A stretch of 64,000 nt of DNA from Ascidiella aspersa (GCA_963924565.1 OZ004608.1:13330001-13394000), one strand, 5' to 3'; positions 13,101-28,634 are shown, numbered from the stretch's first letter. Notes: generated by a model not told the origin, from the letters alone. Program-made: numbers and translations.

Positions 13101-16100
13101 TATTTTACTTTTCGGCCGCTCGTAATGCTGAAGTACCTCCTCAAAAGTGGTTTAAATGATTCATGGCACAGATTTTGTTAATTAGAATTATGACTATATA
13201 ATAATAAAACGTTTAAATTAACTTTATTTAGTGCGTTATTGTTTTCCGAAAGGCTGCGAAGCAGTACCTCACTTTCCGGAGACTTTTTCTTTGTTTAACC
13301 CCTAAAACGTTTCCGACTTTTTGTTCAATCTTCACCTGAAAGAAATATAGCTCGTTCTTACCTGTACGGGGTTATAACATTTTTTTATTTCGTTGCTTCT
13401 CGCGCAGGGAAGAGAATGAGAAGCTGAACATCTGGGTGTCGCTTCTCAACCTCGAGAACCTGTACGGCTCCGACGCGCAGCTGGAGGAGACACTAGGGCG
13501 CGCTATGCAACACAACGACCAGCTCAAGCTTCTCACGCACCTCAGCGACATCTACGTCAAGTCGGGCAAACTGGAGGCAAGTGTTCTTGCAATAAGGGAA
13601 CAAACGCCACACTTCTGCTTTAAAGTCGTTTTGCTTGGCAAAATTTTTCCGGAAAATATTTGTGCATTTTTTTCCTTTCTTTGGAAGTTTGCGTAACAAA
13701 CGCACCATTGTTTCTCGAGCCGACTGCCTATTTCGTCCCACAATGTAAATAACCGATTATTATTATTATTTGTTGGATAGATTTTTTTTCTAAACAAAAA
13801 TTGTGCTTATCTTAAAAATGTTGCCGTCTAATTCCATTTTTTTGCTATTTTCAAAAATATATTTTTATAATTTTGAAGCAATTTGTTAACTCCATAAAGC
13901 CGAATGTTAAACGTTGTTTTCGGTAACGACCGCAATTTCAATTTTTATGCAATGATTCGAATTTACTTCAGAAAGCGGACGAGGTCTTCGCGAAGATGAC
14001 TCGAAAGTATCGACGGAACAAGGAAGTGTGGAGCTCCTACCTCCGATACCTGATGGAGGAGGGAAGACACGAGGACGCCCAGGAGGCCTTCAAGAAGTCC
14101 CTTCAAGCTCTCGAGAAGAAGAACCGTAAGCCAAAAATCTAGTCATGTTGTTTTTTTGGTTTTTTGGTGTAAACTTAAATAAACGCTGATAATTCTAGTT
14201 TTAGTTTTTTAATATTTTGTGCGTTATAAATTTATTTGTTTATTTTTGTTATTATATTTTAATCTTTACCGAAATGCTATTTTAGCCAAAAGCGATTTTT
14301 AGCAGAGTGATTAAAATGCGCCTCAAGAAAAAAGCGTAATGGTCACTGTCAACGAATTACTGCCATTTACATTTCAATAAGAATAAGTTTTGATTTGGAC
14401 AACATTACTTGATATTTGAACGTAACTGGGATTCTAATTATTAAGCTAAATATGTCCAGTACCTTTTATTTTATCCGTTAAAACACAATCAGAAGGCATT
14501 TCGAGATCATCTAGTGCCGCAATCTGCTATACGTATTACGTATAGTTTCGAAAACTAGGCCAACTGAAAAAACTCGTAGTTTAATAACAACAATATAATA
14601 AAATTACCAACACAACCAAATTCTGCTTCATAAAGGTCCAAAGTATATGCAAACAATACCAACTGGTTTAAGGTGTGTTCTGTTGCCATTTTTTCGAACT
14701 TTCCAGGTTTACTCATACAGCTACTAAATAATTCGTTGTATATGTTGTCGTCGTATGACTCTAATAAAGACCATTTAAGTTTTATAGCGTGTTAAGCATA
14801 ATTTTGATGTTTAAGAGGGAGCCTTACACACCCTTTATTCGTGTCGATATGATTTTCAAGTTCGGTCGAATGGAGTTCTCACTGGGCGACCCTGAGAGAC
14901 TTAAGGCATTTCAAAAATGACATGTTTACAGCGTGTTAAGCATATTTATGATATTTAAGAGAAAGAATCTTACGCCCTTTATAATCCTATCGACAGACCT
15001 CGAGATGATTTCCAAGTTCGGTCGAATGGAGTTCTCACTTGGCGATTCCGAGAGAGGACGTACCATCTTCGAGAACGCGCTGAGCAACTACCCGAAGCGA
15101 ACTGACATGTGGTCGTTGTACGTCGACGCCCTAACCAAAGCCAAGTTGATCGACGAAGCCAGGTAACTGATTACGACATTCACGCTCTTCGGCTATAGTT
15201 GCCTTGTGTTGTTTTTAGAATGCTGTCTAGCGGTATTTCTCAATTTTTTTCTAGACATATAATAATTATTGAAGCAGGTAATCTTGAGACTACAGTGAAA
15301 CATTAAACTGATTCAAGGTCGGTCGTTCTATAAGTCATTCAGATTGAAATAAATTTTGTCATAAAATTGCATCGTCAGCCATAATAACAGCGCAAACAAA
15401 ACCTCACTTAAAGTAGAACTTGCTTTCTATCGAAGTCATGTCGTCATTTGTTTGCAAAGATGACACATTTTTTTAGATAACAATTAGTAATGGTAAATAT
15501 CCTGTTAGGTAATTGTGATGGAAACTATTATAAAAATGATAAGCTTTTTTTTTTACTTTTTCTTGTAATAAGCCAAACAGCAAGGCGTAATCCTAAATTC
15601 CTGTAATCTAAGATAACCCGAACTACGTGGGTGATATTGATCTACCTGACACGCTCATTTAACACAGCTTCTGTCAACCAACAATAGAGACTGTATAAGA
15701 GAAATAGTTTCGCCAAAAATTCTGGCTAAACCTATATCGTGCAAGCCGTCGATGATTCACCGTGAATCTGGTAAATTACACAACGACCAAAAAGCGCCAC
15801 GCACGCGATGACGTCAGCGTTTTGGAATTCGAAAAAAAATGCGACGTCGCGCGCCCCGAGTGCCGCTGCCCTTACGTATTGCGTAACGTCCGCGTTTTGA
15901 CGTCAGCGCGTCCATAGGTATACGTTCACGCAGCCGTGATTCGGCGAACCGCTTGTTTGATGAGCGTGTGTAGATTCCATCGCTCGTCGTCCATTGTTGA
16001 TCAGGCTCTGCGAGTGCGTTTGTTTAACGGCGACCTCGTCCAATTCACGGCAAAAGTTTTTCGGCCTAAGTTGTTAGCGTTCTCTTCTTGCCATTTGCTT

Positions 16101-18752
16101 TGAAGTGAAATATGCTCGGTGACATTGGCATGCTTTTTAGCAGTTGCTCTTTTTGTCCTCTTTTACAATCAAAGCAAATAAGGTTTTATTTTTTGAAAAA
16201 TTATAGTTTTATGTTGTTGTTTTTTTTCAAACATTTTTGATAGATGGGGCAGTCAACGTGTTCTTTTAAGTAATCAAAATCAAATCGTTTGTATAATAAC
16301 AAAACCTTGGGGATTACCGTTTTGATAAATTTGGCGAGGTAAATATTGCAAGAAGCTCGCACTAATTGTAGAAGTACAATGTCAACCGTTTAAATTTTAA
16401 TCATGACCCTATAGTGTGTGTGTGTGTGTGATTTGTGACGTACAATAAGGTTACAAATGGTCAGATTCAAGGTTTAACCTTTCTCCATTTTTTCCCCACT
16501 TACCCGTTGTCGCGCGCCTTTGAAGTTCAGTGACCTTGGATTGCTGACGGTTGTTCGATATTTGATTCCTAATACTTCGAATTTAATTTTTGCGTTCTTC
16601 ACTATTTTCGCTCTATGGTCTTACAATGGAGAATCATGTGTCCTACTTACTGATCTGTTTACACATCAGAACAATTCGTAAGAAGGCTTAATTTGTTTCC
16701 ACATCTCCCAACGCAAATACTTAAATTATTAACGCCTGATTTCTAGTGAATTTTTATTTTCTCGTTTTTGGGGAGTTGTGTTCCAGTGAAATATTTAACA
16801 CCAGATAGTTTAATAAAATATTAAAAAAAACTCTGGGGGGCATGAAGTAATAAAACATTCAGTCATGGAAGCAACTTTATTCTACTTTTAACGCAACAAT
16901 GTGGGATTTTGGGATTTTGTTAACAAGATTTTTTTAGGTTCATTGTTTGCCATTCTTCCCTTGCAACAAAATACGACCGCATATACACCATGGGCCTTTT
17001 ATGGCTGCCGCGCAACCGGCTGGCAAATATTTTTTGCAAGTCGTTGGCGAAAGCATTTCCGGAAACTTGACGTTTCTCCTATACGCAAAGTTACAAAAGC
17101 GCCTTGTTGTTTTTTGTCGCTCATAGCATATTTCCTCGAACTCTGAAACGCAGGTTTCTTTCTCCCCCAGTTAGTAAAACGCTGAATTAAAAAATATGGC
17201 TGAAGGAGGGCGGACTCGAAGGTCAATGCAATCAGGCGTAGGGCAAACATAAAATCGTACGGTGTTTGTTTTTTGTCTGCTTGCGAGGCAAGTTACGCCA
17301 CGACTGCCGTGGCCCACGTTAAGTGTGTATACGACCGGGTTTACCAATGTACAAGGGCCTGGGTCGCACGTTTAGCTCACCTCAAAACAATGGAGAAGGG
17401 CATTTGCTGATTGCATATTGCTGCTCTTTTCTTGCCCAACATATGTCGTCAAAAGAAAATATTTTTTCACCAACTTCGGCTTTGTATGTAGATTTTTCAA
17501 CTGTAAAAAATAAACACCGTTTGCAAAGTTAATAGCTACCTTTTCTTTATTGCACTTGGAAGATTCCCCAAAATACTAAAATGTATTTTTGCCTTCTAAC
17601 TGCCGCACAACTACTTCACATCGTCATTTACAATCGGAATGACACCAAATTATTTCTAATAAGTTAAGCACGGGTATGTAAAAAAAACTAGAGCCTGTAT
17701 GGGTTCACAATCGAGTATTTTTGGGCAATATACTTCGTAGGTTTTTGCGCGTATTTATCCGGTTTCTTAAAAGTCTAGCAAAACAACAAGAGTAATAATT
17801 TAAGGGTGGTTGTGTAACAATTGTGTGTCGTGTCGGAATTTGCTTATGACCCCATAGATTTGAATGTTTTGATGTGCTAGCTGGATTCAAAACATTTTTA
17901 CGATTGCGGGTTTCTCGTATAGTATTGAGTTATCTTTGTATTCCAAGGCAATTTCAAAAGGTCAAAGCCGACCCTTGCCTAGTCACTGTTGACGCAATAA
18001 AACGACCCAGTTAGCATGGAGAAACATCGTCTGTTAGTTAAAAATTAACCTACACAGTCCTATTGTGATGGCGAAATTTTGCTCGGTGCAAATCCAATTC
18101 GAGTTTTCTTTGTAGTTATCCGTTGGTTATTGTTCAAACGCTAATACCGAGCGGGCGTATTTTTGCAGTTAAAAATAAACTCAATCTCGGCGTCTACTGC
18201 TTTTCTGAAGTGTGCTTGTCTGTTAATGTCCCTTTATAGAAGCTAAAAAATCTATGATTTTGGTGTTTTTTTTAACGAGATTTCATATAGTTACACCGTT
18301 TTTCAATATTTCAACAGTAAACACAAGCAGGGCTGCGGAGTCGGACTCGGGACTCGAGGAGTCGGACTCGGGTTTAGTTCTTTGGCCGGAGTCGGACTCG
18401 GGTTATTTTTAACCGATTCCGCAGCCCTGAACACAAGTGCAAGTTTTTGCAATTTCACCTGTTTTCAAGTGGCACAGACATTTGTTTTCACCGTAATAGA
18501 CCGTTTTATCCGCTCTAATTACCATCACGAGTTTTATTTTTTCTGACCCCAACAAACACTTTCGCTTTTATGTGCAGGCGAGTATTCGACCGGGTGATTT
18601 CCCTCCCGATCTCGAGCAAAAGTATGCGCGCCTTCTTCAAGCGTTACGTCGAGTTCGAGACGCGTCACGGCAGCGACAGTTCAGTGGCCCAAGTGCGGCA
18701 GAAGGCACTCGACTACATCAACTCGGAGACCGCTCGCGTGATGGAAGACTAA
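241..18752 (+). CDS. PDCD11: rRNA biogenesis protein RRP5 / PDCD11 (S1 repeats plus C-terminal HAT/TPR repeats); 5' part lies outside the window
   Basis: Phase-consistent exons: 241-338, 510-616, 893-1003, 1184-1305, 2628-2806, 3325-3466, 4075-4223, 4719-4926, 5254-5440, 5833-6037, 6425-6584, 6892-7031, 7511-7660, 7784-7877, 10626-10757, 11248-11400, 12764-12858, 13408-13576, 13972-14125, 14997-15162, 18578-18752 (TAA). Peptides [71 protein letters not shown] and [29 protein letters not shown] are diagnostic of the RRP5 C-terminus. Upstream exons encode S1-like repeats. Confidence 0.95.
1436..2599. mobile_element. hAT-like MITE (outer element of a nest)
   Basis: Termini CAGGGGTTCTTAAAC / GTTTAATAACCCCAG; 8-bp TSD CTTTAAAG at 1428-1435 and 2600-2607. 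Confidence 0.85.
1548..2362. mobile_element. hAT-like non-autonomous element nested in 1436-2599
   Basis: Perfect TIR CAGTGTTCCCTCTAAG / CTTAGAGGGAACACTG; 8-bp TSD GTCGCAAT. Confidence 0.92.
7076..7147. repeat. (GT)n microsatellite
   Basis: Direct reading, with a few interruptions. Confidence 0.95.
9942..10312. mobile_element. hAT/Charlie-like MITE
   Basis: TIR CAGTGGTTCCCAAC / GTTGGGAACCACTG; TSD CTCTATGG. Confidence 0.9.
10786..10942 (+). mobile_element. Palindromic Penelope-like element fragment with a degenerate hammerhead ribozyme (G12 to A)
   Basis: CTGAAGA-T-GATAC-aagttc-GTATC-AAAAC-GTC at 10857-10888, between long inverted arms GATAATGAATTGCAAAGCCAAAATGGTCGAGT / ACTCGACCTTTTTGGCTTTGCAGTTTATTATC. 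Homologous to 59683-59756. Confidence 0.7.
11415..11515 (-). mobile_element. LINE-like 3' end (TGTACAATGATAAAG plus short tandem tail) beginning at a spliced-leader-identical 16-mer
   Basis: The minus strand reads ATTCTATTTGAATAAG-ATATG...TGTACAATGATAAAGAC...TCGGATCGGATC. The tail resembles L2/Rex-type 3' ends (family assignment is inference). Confidence 0.45.
11800..12000 (-). mobile_element. LINE/SINE 3' end with stem-loop (CR1/L2-like); second copy at 18909-19010
   Basis: Hairpin CCAGGAGACAGC...GCTGTCTCCTGG (about 11882-11930) and a minus-strand (ATCCT)n-like tail. About 110 bp are shared with 18909-19010. Confidence 0.6.
12338..12746. mobile_element. MITE with internal TGACTT repeats
   Basis: TIR CAGTGTTGTAA / TTACAACACTG flanked by similar TTTCCC sequence. 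Related fragments near 22450-22558 and 48149-48400. Confidence 0.7.
14779..14900 (+). pseudogene. Degenerate tandem duplicate of an RRP5 intron/exon junction (dead pseudo-exon)
   Basis: Copies 14925-15056, including ATGATTTTCAAGTTCGGTCGAATGGAGTTCTCACTGGGCGA, but lacks the CAG acceptor. Confidence 0.85.
18328..18429. mobile_element. Small hAT-like MITE with GAGTCGGACTCGG repeats
   Basis: TIR CAGGGCTGCGGA / TCCGCAGCCCTG; TSD AACACAAG. Confidence 0.92.
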
Positions 18753-18908
18753 CAACGACTCTCGTTATCTTTTGCCGTTACTTCTCTCTGGCTAAGATAT
18801 ATGGGATGAAGTTACACCTTGACATGTTACGCGTCCGCTTCTTGTTAGATAGATATATGATTTTATTTGGAACGTCAAAAACAAAAAATGGTCGAAATCA
18901 AAACGTTT

Positions 18909-19010
18909 AGCAATATTTGACATTCCCAGGAGACCGCGAAAGACCGTAATCGAATCAGCTGTCTCCCGGTTTAGATTCAATTCGAAAAAACTGTAAAATT
19001 AAAACACAAA
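18909..19010 (-). mobile_element. Retroelement 3' stem-loop fragment just downstream of the RRP5 stop
   Basis: Homologous to 11866-11968 (CCCAGGAGACCGCGAAAGACCGTAA...GCTGTCTCCCGG). Confidence 0.65.
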
Positions 19011-19894
19011 GTTTGAATTGCATACAGTATATACATTACTTTTAATCGTGTTGGTTTCACCTGCTACATTAGTTGACTAAACTAATTGCATTTAGTGTTT
19101 TTTTAACCTGGGAGGCTAGATAGCAGTGTAAACAGGCCATCGACTATAAAACTGTTGGTGTAAAATTCATCGTCCCTGCTTTCGTCGGCTAGCGTGGTAA
19201 AATTATTTGGTGCTGCTCGAGTAACGAAGAAAAGTGTCGTTCCCGCCGTATTTCATGAAATAAATCCGAACTGCCCAATCAGTTGCGTCTTCAGTTTTAA
19301 TAGTTTATGTAGAGCAGAGTTGGATCAATTGTAATTGAAATTGATGTAATTAAGTACAGTTTTCAATGTAATTGTAATGTAATTAAAACAGTTTAATTTC
19401 GTGCTATTCTAATGGTAATTATAATTTGCTAAACTTTTAGCTCAATACACTGATATTGAGAAAATTGTGGTTTCGATAATGTTCCACGTTGTTTATTTTA
19501 TTTGGAAAGCGATGAGACATAACTGTTTTCCATATTTTAGCAGCAATAGAAATTGTAATTGATGTAATTAATTACATTACTTGCAATTTATTATGCTAAC
19601 TATGCCGTTCGACATAAATTTGTTTAGCGTTAAGGAACTGCAATATCGTCAGATGCTGACTTCTTATGTAGGTAAAAAATTGCTTCTGTTGGTTAAAATG
19701 CATCATTTTATTTGGTATTACAGTGCCACTAATTAAATGGCCTGCCAATGTAGAACCGAAAAGTTATTTTTCAAGGATAACGCAGGTATAGGATTTTTTT
19801 GTAGCCTAATGGGGCTTTTATCCAATATATATTCTCAAATCGTGGAAATCTATCAGTGCTATATTTTTTGTGGTCACATTATTGTCTGGTAATG

Positions 19895-20204
19895 CACTGA
19901 TTCTCAACTCTGTATGGCTAACGGCACCCTCGAAAATATTAAATAGATGTTCGGCACCCCGACTGAAGTTTTCGTTAAGAGTATGTTACTGAATTTTTTA
20001 CTATAAATGGAACTGGAACAATGCAATCAACTTTAAACATGTAGGAAAATGTCATTTCATATAATGGTCTCTGATCGTTAGAAATAGTTGTATCAAGAAT
20101 CTTACCAATTGAGCAAAAATTAGATTCGCAAAATACCTATCGGCACCCTTGAGCATTACAAATCGCACACCAGGGCGCCGCGGTACCCCGGTTGAGAAGC
20201 ACTG
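19895..20204. mobile_element. Degenerate hAT/Charlie-like MITE
   Basis: Ends CACTGATTCTCAAC / GTTGAGAAGCACTG; GTAATG in both flanks. Confidence 0.6.
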
Positions 20205-20849
20205 GTGTAATGCTACATAACACTTCCATGATTTGTACAAAAATGAGAACTGAGGTGCATATTTTAAGTCGTCAAAGTTTTCATAATAATTCTAATGATT
20301 AGCAGCAACATTTAAGGATTGCCTTTGTTTCACAGCATTCAGTAAATCCAAGTTAACTGTTGAGAAAGACTACACAGGAAATAAGTCGTCCCAAAAGAAA
20401 ACATCGTTGAGCGGGATGCCTCTGTTAGTTTACCGCTTTTAGTATAAACAATGCTTCAACTACATTTGTATGGCGAACAATGTCTTGCTAATTTTGTGTA
20501 GGCCGATTCGGCTTTTAAGGAAACCACAATTGTTCCTTAAAAAGACTACAGTTATACCGGAGTCTGTTTTTGATACCACATTCTTTCTCCGACTGCGCTG
20601 GCGTTATGTTTATTGTCGTTACATTTCACCTACTGTTTGTGCAAAGAAATTATTTGACCCACGAGTTGTCCTACTTTTTCTTGCCCACACTGTTATTATA
20701 TTAGTTCTTCTTTAAACACCATGTTTAGATTGCTTTTATAATATATATATATATATATATAAATGTGTTGTTCCATTTTGATTTCGTAGACACTGAACCT
20801 TTTTATTGACCAAATAACTGAGGCTAAAAATGCCTAATTTCCGGCAATA

Positions 20850-21227
20850 TGTCCGATATACGGCCGATGCCAGATACTCACTAGTATTGTAGATCGACCG
20901 ATACCCGATTTTTTTTATATACCTGGGAAATGTTCTAAACTTGAATTAATTGGAAAATAAAATTCAAATATCGTTTTAGATTATATACCTTCATTAATAA
21001 TTGAACTATTATTTTGCATATTAACTTGGTGTGATGCTAAAACCAATTTTTTTTTATCAAAAAATGGTTAAGTTATTTGTTGTACACTGTACAGGAAACG
21101 TTATATCAAATTTTCATACTAAAATATTGGCCAAAGTATCGGCCCACGTTTACCGATGGCGATATTTCGGTAGAAGCCAAATATCGGCCGATATTATCGG
21201 TAAACCCGATATATCGGTCTATCTCTA
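20850..21227. mobile_element. MITE with CCGATA/TATCGG subterminal repeats
   Basis: CCGATA motifs on the left and TATCGG motifs on the right, ending TATCGGTCTATCTCTA. A similar end (TATCGGACATCCCTA) occurs at about 46819-46833. Confidence 0.55.
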
Positions 21228-21663
21228 ATTAGTATCGTAATGGTCTTAACCGATTTGAAAAATATTTTTACTTTTTTAAACTTGTACTTTAAGAATTGTT
21301 ATCGAATCCTACTACCTAGGTTGTTTGCTAAAATGGATTACCAATACAATGTACATTTGGCATTCCCTAAGACGGGTTAAGAAACGAGTGTAGTAACTTG
21401 AAGAAGTTGATCTTTTCTGAACTCGATACATAAAATAACGTCTGGAAAAAAAGGTACAGGCGTCTCTGACAAAAAAAACGAATTAATATGAATCGTTTAT
21501 TGTCAAATCATACAAAAACATAGCAGCACAACAGCTTGGTATACAAAATGTAACCTGCGAAATTCCCTACACAAGGTCTTAAAAGAGGGGCCAGATAACA
21601 CGAAGACGTTGTTACGCTGGCGGACTAAAAAAACAACAACAATGCTCTTACGCACAAAAAACG

Positions 21664-23758
21664 TCACACTTTGGGCATCGCGGATTCGAGTCTCATCTTC
21701 ATGAGGGGCACGAGCTTTAGGTGGTCATCGGCGCACTGGCACATGCAATCGCCGAACTTGGACTCAACCTCAGTTTGGCCGGCGCTGGCCATCATGTCCT
21801 TGGCACTGTCCTGGCAGGTCAACATGCAGCGCTGCAGCCGCTTCTGGAAGTCGTCTAGCTCTGTATTGCAAATAGATTTTAGTTGAGGTTGTTCTAATTA
21901 TATTTTATTGGTTTTTAAACGCTTTGTGGTGTCACTATCTGGGTGAAAAAGCATACACAGTACATCTACCAATAGAAAAAGTGGATGCATATTTTCAGGT
22001 GGATATCGTTAGTGAGGTTGATGTTTTTACCCGGACATAGCATTAGTTTAAAATCGTTTTTTTTTTTTGTTTGAAGCCCTACAACAAAGAAGAAAAACTA
22101 CCATCAAAAGATAGGTTGCCCAAACCTTAAAAGCCAAATCAAAAATGCTGTTGTCTGTACACTGTAAAACCATGTTGTTACACTTGAAGCATGTCAAACA
22201 AAACAGGGATAACTGTGTAGACTCTATAAAGCGAAGAATTCACATGGATTTTTCTATGGTGAACCATTGTACCGGTTGTGCACACCTTCTGGACCAAATT
22301 ATCATTGGTATGAAGACTTTTGGGTAGAATAAGAGCCTACATAGTTGAAGTACAAAAAATAAAAAATAATCACAATGTTGAGCTAAGGGATATATAACCT
22401 TGATATAGTAATTGATGATCATTATCATAGACCATTTTGAACAATTGACTTTTCAACTATATTGTTCCCTAGTCATTTGACTCAATGACATTAGTTCAAG
22501 TCAAGTAATTTGTCCAAAAACAATAAGCCAATTCACAAAACAAGTCATTACAATACTGCGCATCATTGTCAATTAGAAGAATGGGTCCATACATTATATT
22601 GTGTCAGACATTTGCAAAAGCCAAGTAGGTAAATATTTGTTTGGTTTGTTCAAACCACTTTACAGCTATTGTTGATAATAACAACAAAAAATACAGGCAT
22701 TTTCATTGCAAAAAAGTATACAACTTAAAGTGGCATAGCTGAATTTATGTAATAATAGTAAATGTGCCACCAAGTAAATGGTGCCAATTCACAGCAATAC
22801 ACCCACATTACCTGCCACGGGTAATTGGGGCCCTGCCTGCATCCTAGTAAAAACATTGCCAGCATGTGAGTCAAAGCATCAACTGACTTCTGTACATTGC
22901 AACATACGGTTACACTGCAGCACATCAAAATGATGCTGCGCTATGAAGGCAAATTGTAACAGGAATAGAACTGTTGTGTATTTACACCACCCACATATTT
23001 TGATCAGTGTCTGAGATTTTTAGACTCCACCAAGCAAGCACAGTTTGGTACAATTACAATATGGATCTGTTGTGAAATATGCTATCACAAACACAACATT
23101 GCTTTTGGGCAATAACACTGTGCGAGTTAGCGTTTGGGTGGGATAAGTATTATTATATTTTTCATTTAATAATAACACTTGACCCACCCTTACCCAAACG
23201 CTAACCCTAACCCAAATAATGTTTCTTATGGTAGGATTCTAGACCAGCGCCAAATCATTTGTTACGAAAACAAAAGCTATATGTTTTTAAACCTACTACC
23301 CCTATGTTCAAAAATAGTTCAGCCGTTTATATTTTAGCGAAGAATAAAATATAGTTTAGAAGTTTTCTACCACATAAAATGACATGCCCAACTGTACAAT
23401 TGATTGTGATATTGTACAGTATGTAGACTGGGCTGAACAGATACAAGAAATATAAAGTAATTTACTAACCTTGTTTTATCATTGATTGTACTTTAGAAAC
23501 AGGCTGTTGGCTATTACGTATACATTCCTGAACCTCTTCAGCAGAGTAAGTTTTGCTTTCACAGCATTTGGCACTTTGCAAGAGAACTTTTCGCTATAAA
23601 ATATATATAATCTTGTTAAATTTAAAAAATGCATTTTTTTATAGTTCTAGTCATTTAAGAACCTGTAGGTCTCTTATATGATTCTTTTCCAAGTCCCTTT
23701 GCATTTGACTAGCAGCATCATCAATTTTCTTTAGGGAGTCTTGGACTTTTTGCTCCAT
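21664..23758 (-). CDS. FAM136A: FAM136A (DUF842, twin-CX3C mitochondrial intermembrane-space protein), 138 aa, 3 exons
   Basis: Exons 23758-23663, 23593-23470, 21860-21664 total 417 nt, all GT-AG. Protein: MEQKVQDSLKKIDDAASQMQRDLEKNHIRDLQRKVLLQSAKCCESKTYSAEEVQECIRNSQQPVSKVQSMIKQELDDFQKRLQRCMLTCQDSAKDMM...DCMCQCADDHLKLVPLMKMRLESAMPKV*. This matches the family pattern ELxxFQxRLxRCxxxCxD...CxxxCxDDH. AATAAA on the minus strand at 21496-21501. Confidence 0.93.
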
Positions 23759-24039
23759 TTTATAACCCAGTAATTAATTAATAGAAATAATTTAAAATGT
23801 AATAAAAACTAAGGTTTGTTAAAATGGTGAAATTCTGAACACCTCTGGAATAATTGTACATGTCTAGTTCGTTAATTATATATTTTATTTAAAAAAAGAA
23901 CAGTTATTTTAATAAACTTAATAATACTTTGACAAAATAACTAATTAAATTGACAACATAAAAAATCATTTAAATGAATATGCAAGCTGAAAAACCCTAT
24001 GCATTCGTCATTAAACATGTGAATCCCCAATATATATTT

Positions 24040-24670
24040 GCAGGAATGAGCTAATCACGTAAGAAAGCTTATACTTCCGCTTTCCGTTTCGAATTGCTGT
24101 GCTGCATACGGAAAGCAAGCCTATTCAGCAAGCCGCAACTCATAAAACACGTGCGTTTGAGAAAGGTTATGGAAAGCTACTGTCACTTGGTAGGGGATCC
24201 ACCGATTGTCCTGCCTCTATTGAAGTTCACGAGGTACCGAAAGTCTCCGAAAATTTCCGAACGTAAAAAAGAAAATCAAACAAGAGTCCGTTCGGATTTC
24301 CGTATAAGGTAAAGCGATCGTGTGCGAAAGGTGCCGACGCCGCTGGGAGAAAACGGCGATTCGGCGCGAAGGTTTTCCATATTTGGAATACGGAGAAAAA
24401 GCCCGTAAAGGAGAAACACGAGCGCCGAAGTACATAACTCGAAATTACGCCTTGGTTTTAGGAATTTTCGAAAAGTTATTACCCTGAATGTATTAGAAAG
24501 ATTGTTTTCGACACATTGGTAGTAAAATCAACGCGTTTTTGTAGGATTAAACGGCACAAAATCGCGAAATTCCACATTGTGCGTGAGACGTGACGTCAGG
24601 CAGCGTAACCCCGATGGCTGGTAGACTCTGATAAAACCGTCGCGGGCAAGCGCACAGGCATTCATTCTCA
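24040..24670 (+). promoter_or_regulatory. EGR promoter / divergent FAM136A-EGR promoter region
   Basis: CpG-rich. Perfect CArG CCATATTTGG at 24377-24386, CArG-like CCGTATAAGG at 24300-24309, CRE TGACGTCA at 24591-24598, TATA-like GATAAAA at 24630-24636, Inr-like TCATTC near 24662, ETS-like ACTTCCG near 24072. SRE plus CRE is the known vertebrate EGR1 promoter logic. Confidence 0.7.
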
Positions 24671-24882
24671 ATACGCGCTTGGCTAAGTCAGGTACAGCAG
24701 ACTCCTATCGTAGCATGCAACCTTGAGTGCAGCGCTTTTTCGCGACAAGTCAAGATTGGATTTCAATTGCAATTCAGAGAGTTTAGTGAGTCATCACACA
24801 TTTATATGACTCAAAGTCAGGTGATTCTTTCAGTTGGAACATCTATTGCGCTTTGCCGACCGATATCACTGAAACAACCCGA

Positions 24883-28634
<3,752 letters not shown>

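Noticed and set aside
617-18577. Intronic snoRNAs in RRP5
   Set aside because: They are plausible for a ribosome-biogenesis host, but I found no convincing C/D box pair with a terminal stem by eye. A snoscan/Infernal search is needed.
19200-19240. Third hammerhead on the minus strand (CTGAAGAC-GCAACTG...CAGTT)
   Set aside because: No GAAA or cleavage triplet follows; at best a decayed remnant.
23126-23213. Telomerase RNA template or telomeric seed (CTAACCCTAACCC)
   Set aside because: It is part of a short inverted repeat (GTTAGCGTTTGGGT / ACCCAAACGCTAAC) typical of a small transposon relic, and no other telomerase RNA features are visible.
24853-24882. TTG start of EGR in the ORF track
   Set aside because: Eukaryotic gene; the first in-frame ATG is at 24883.
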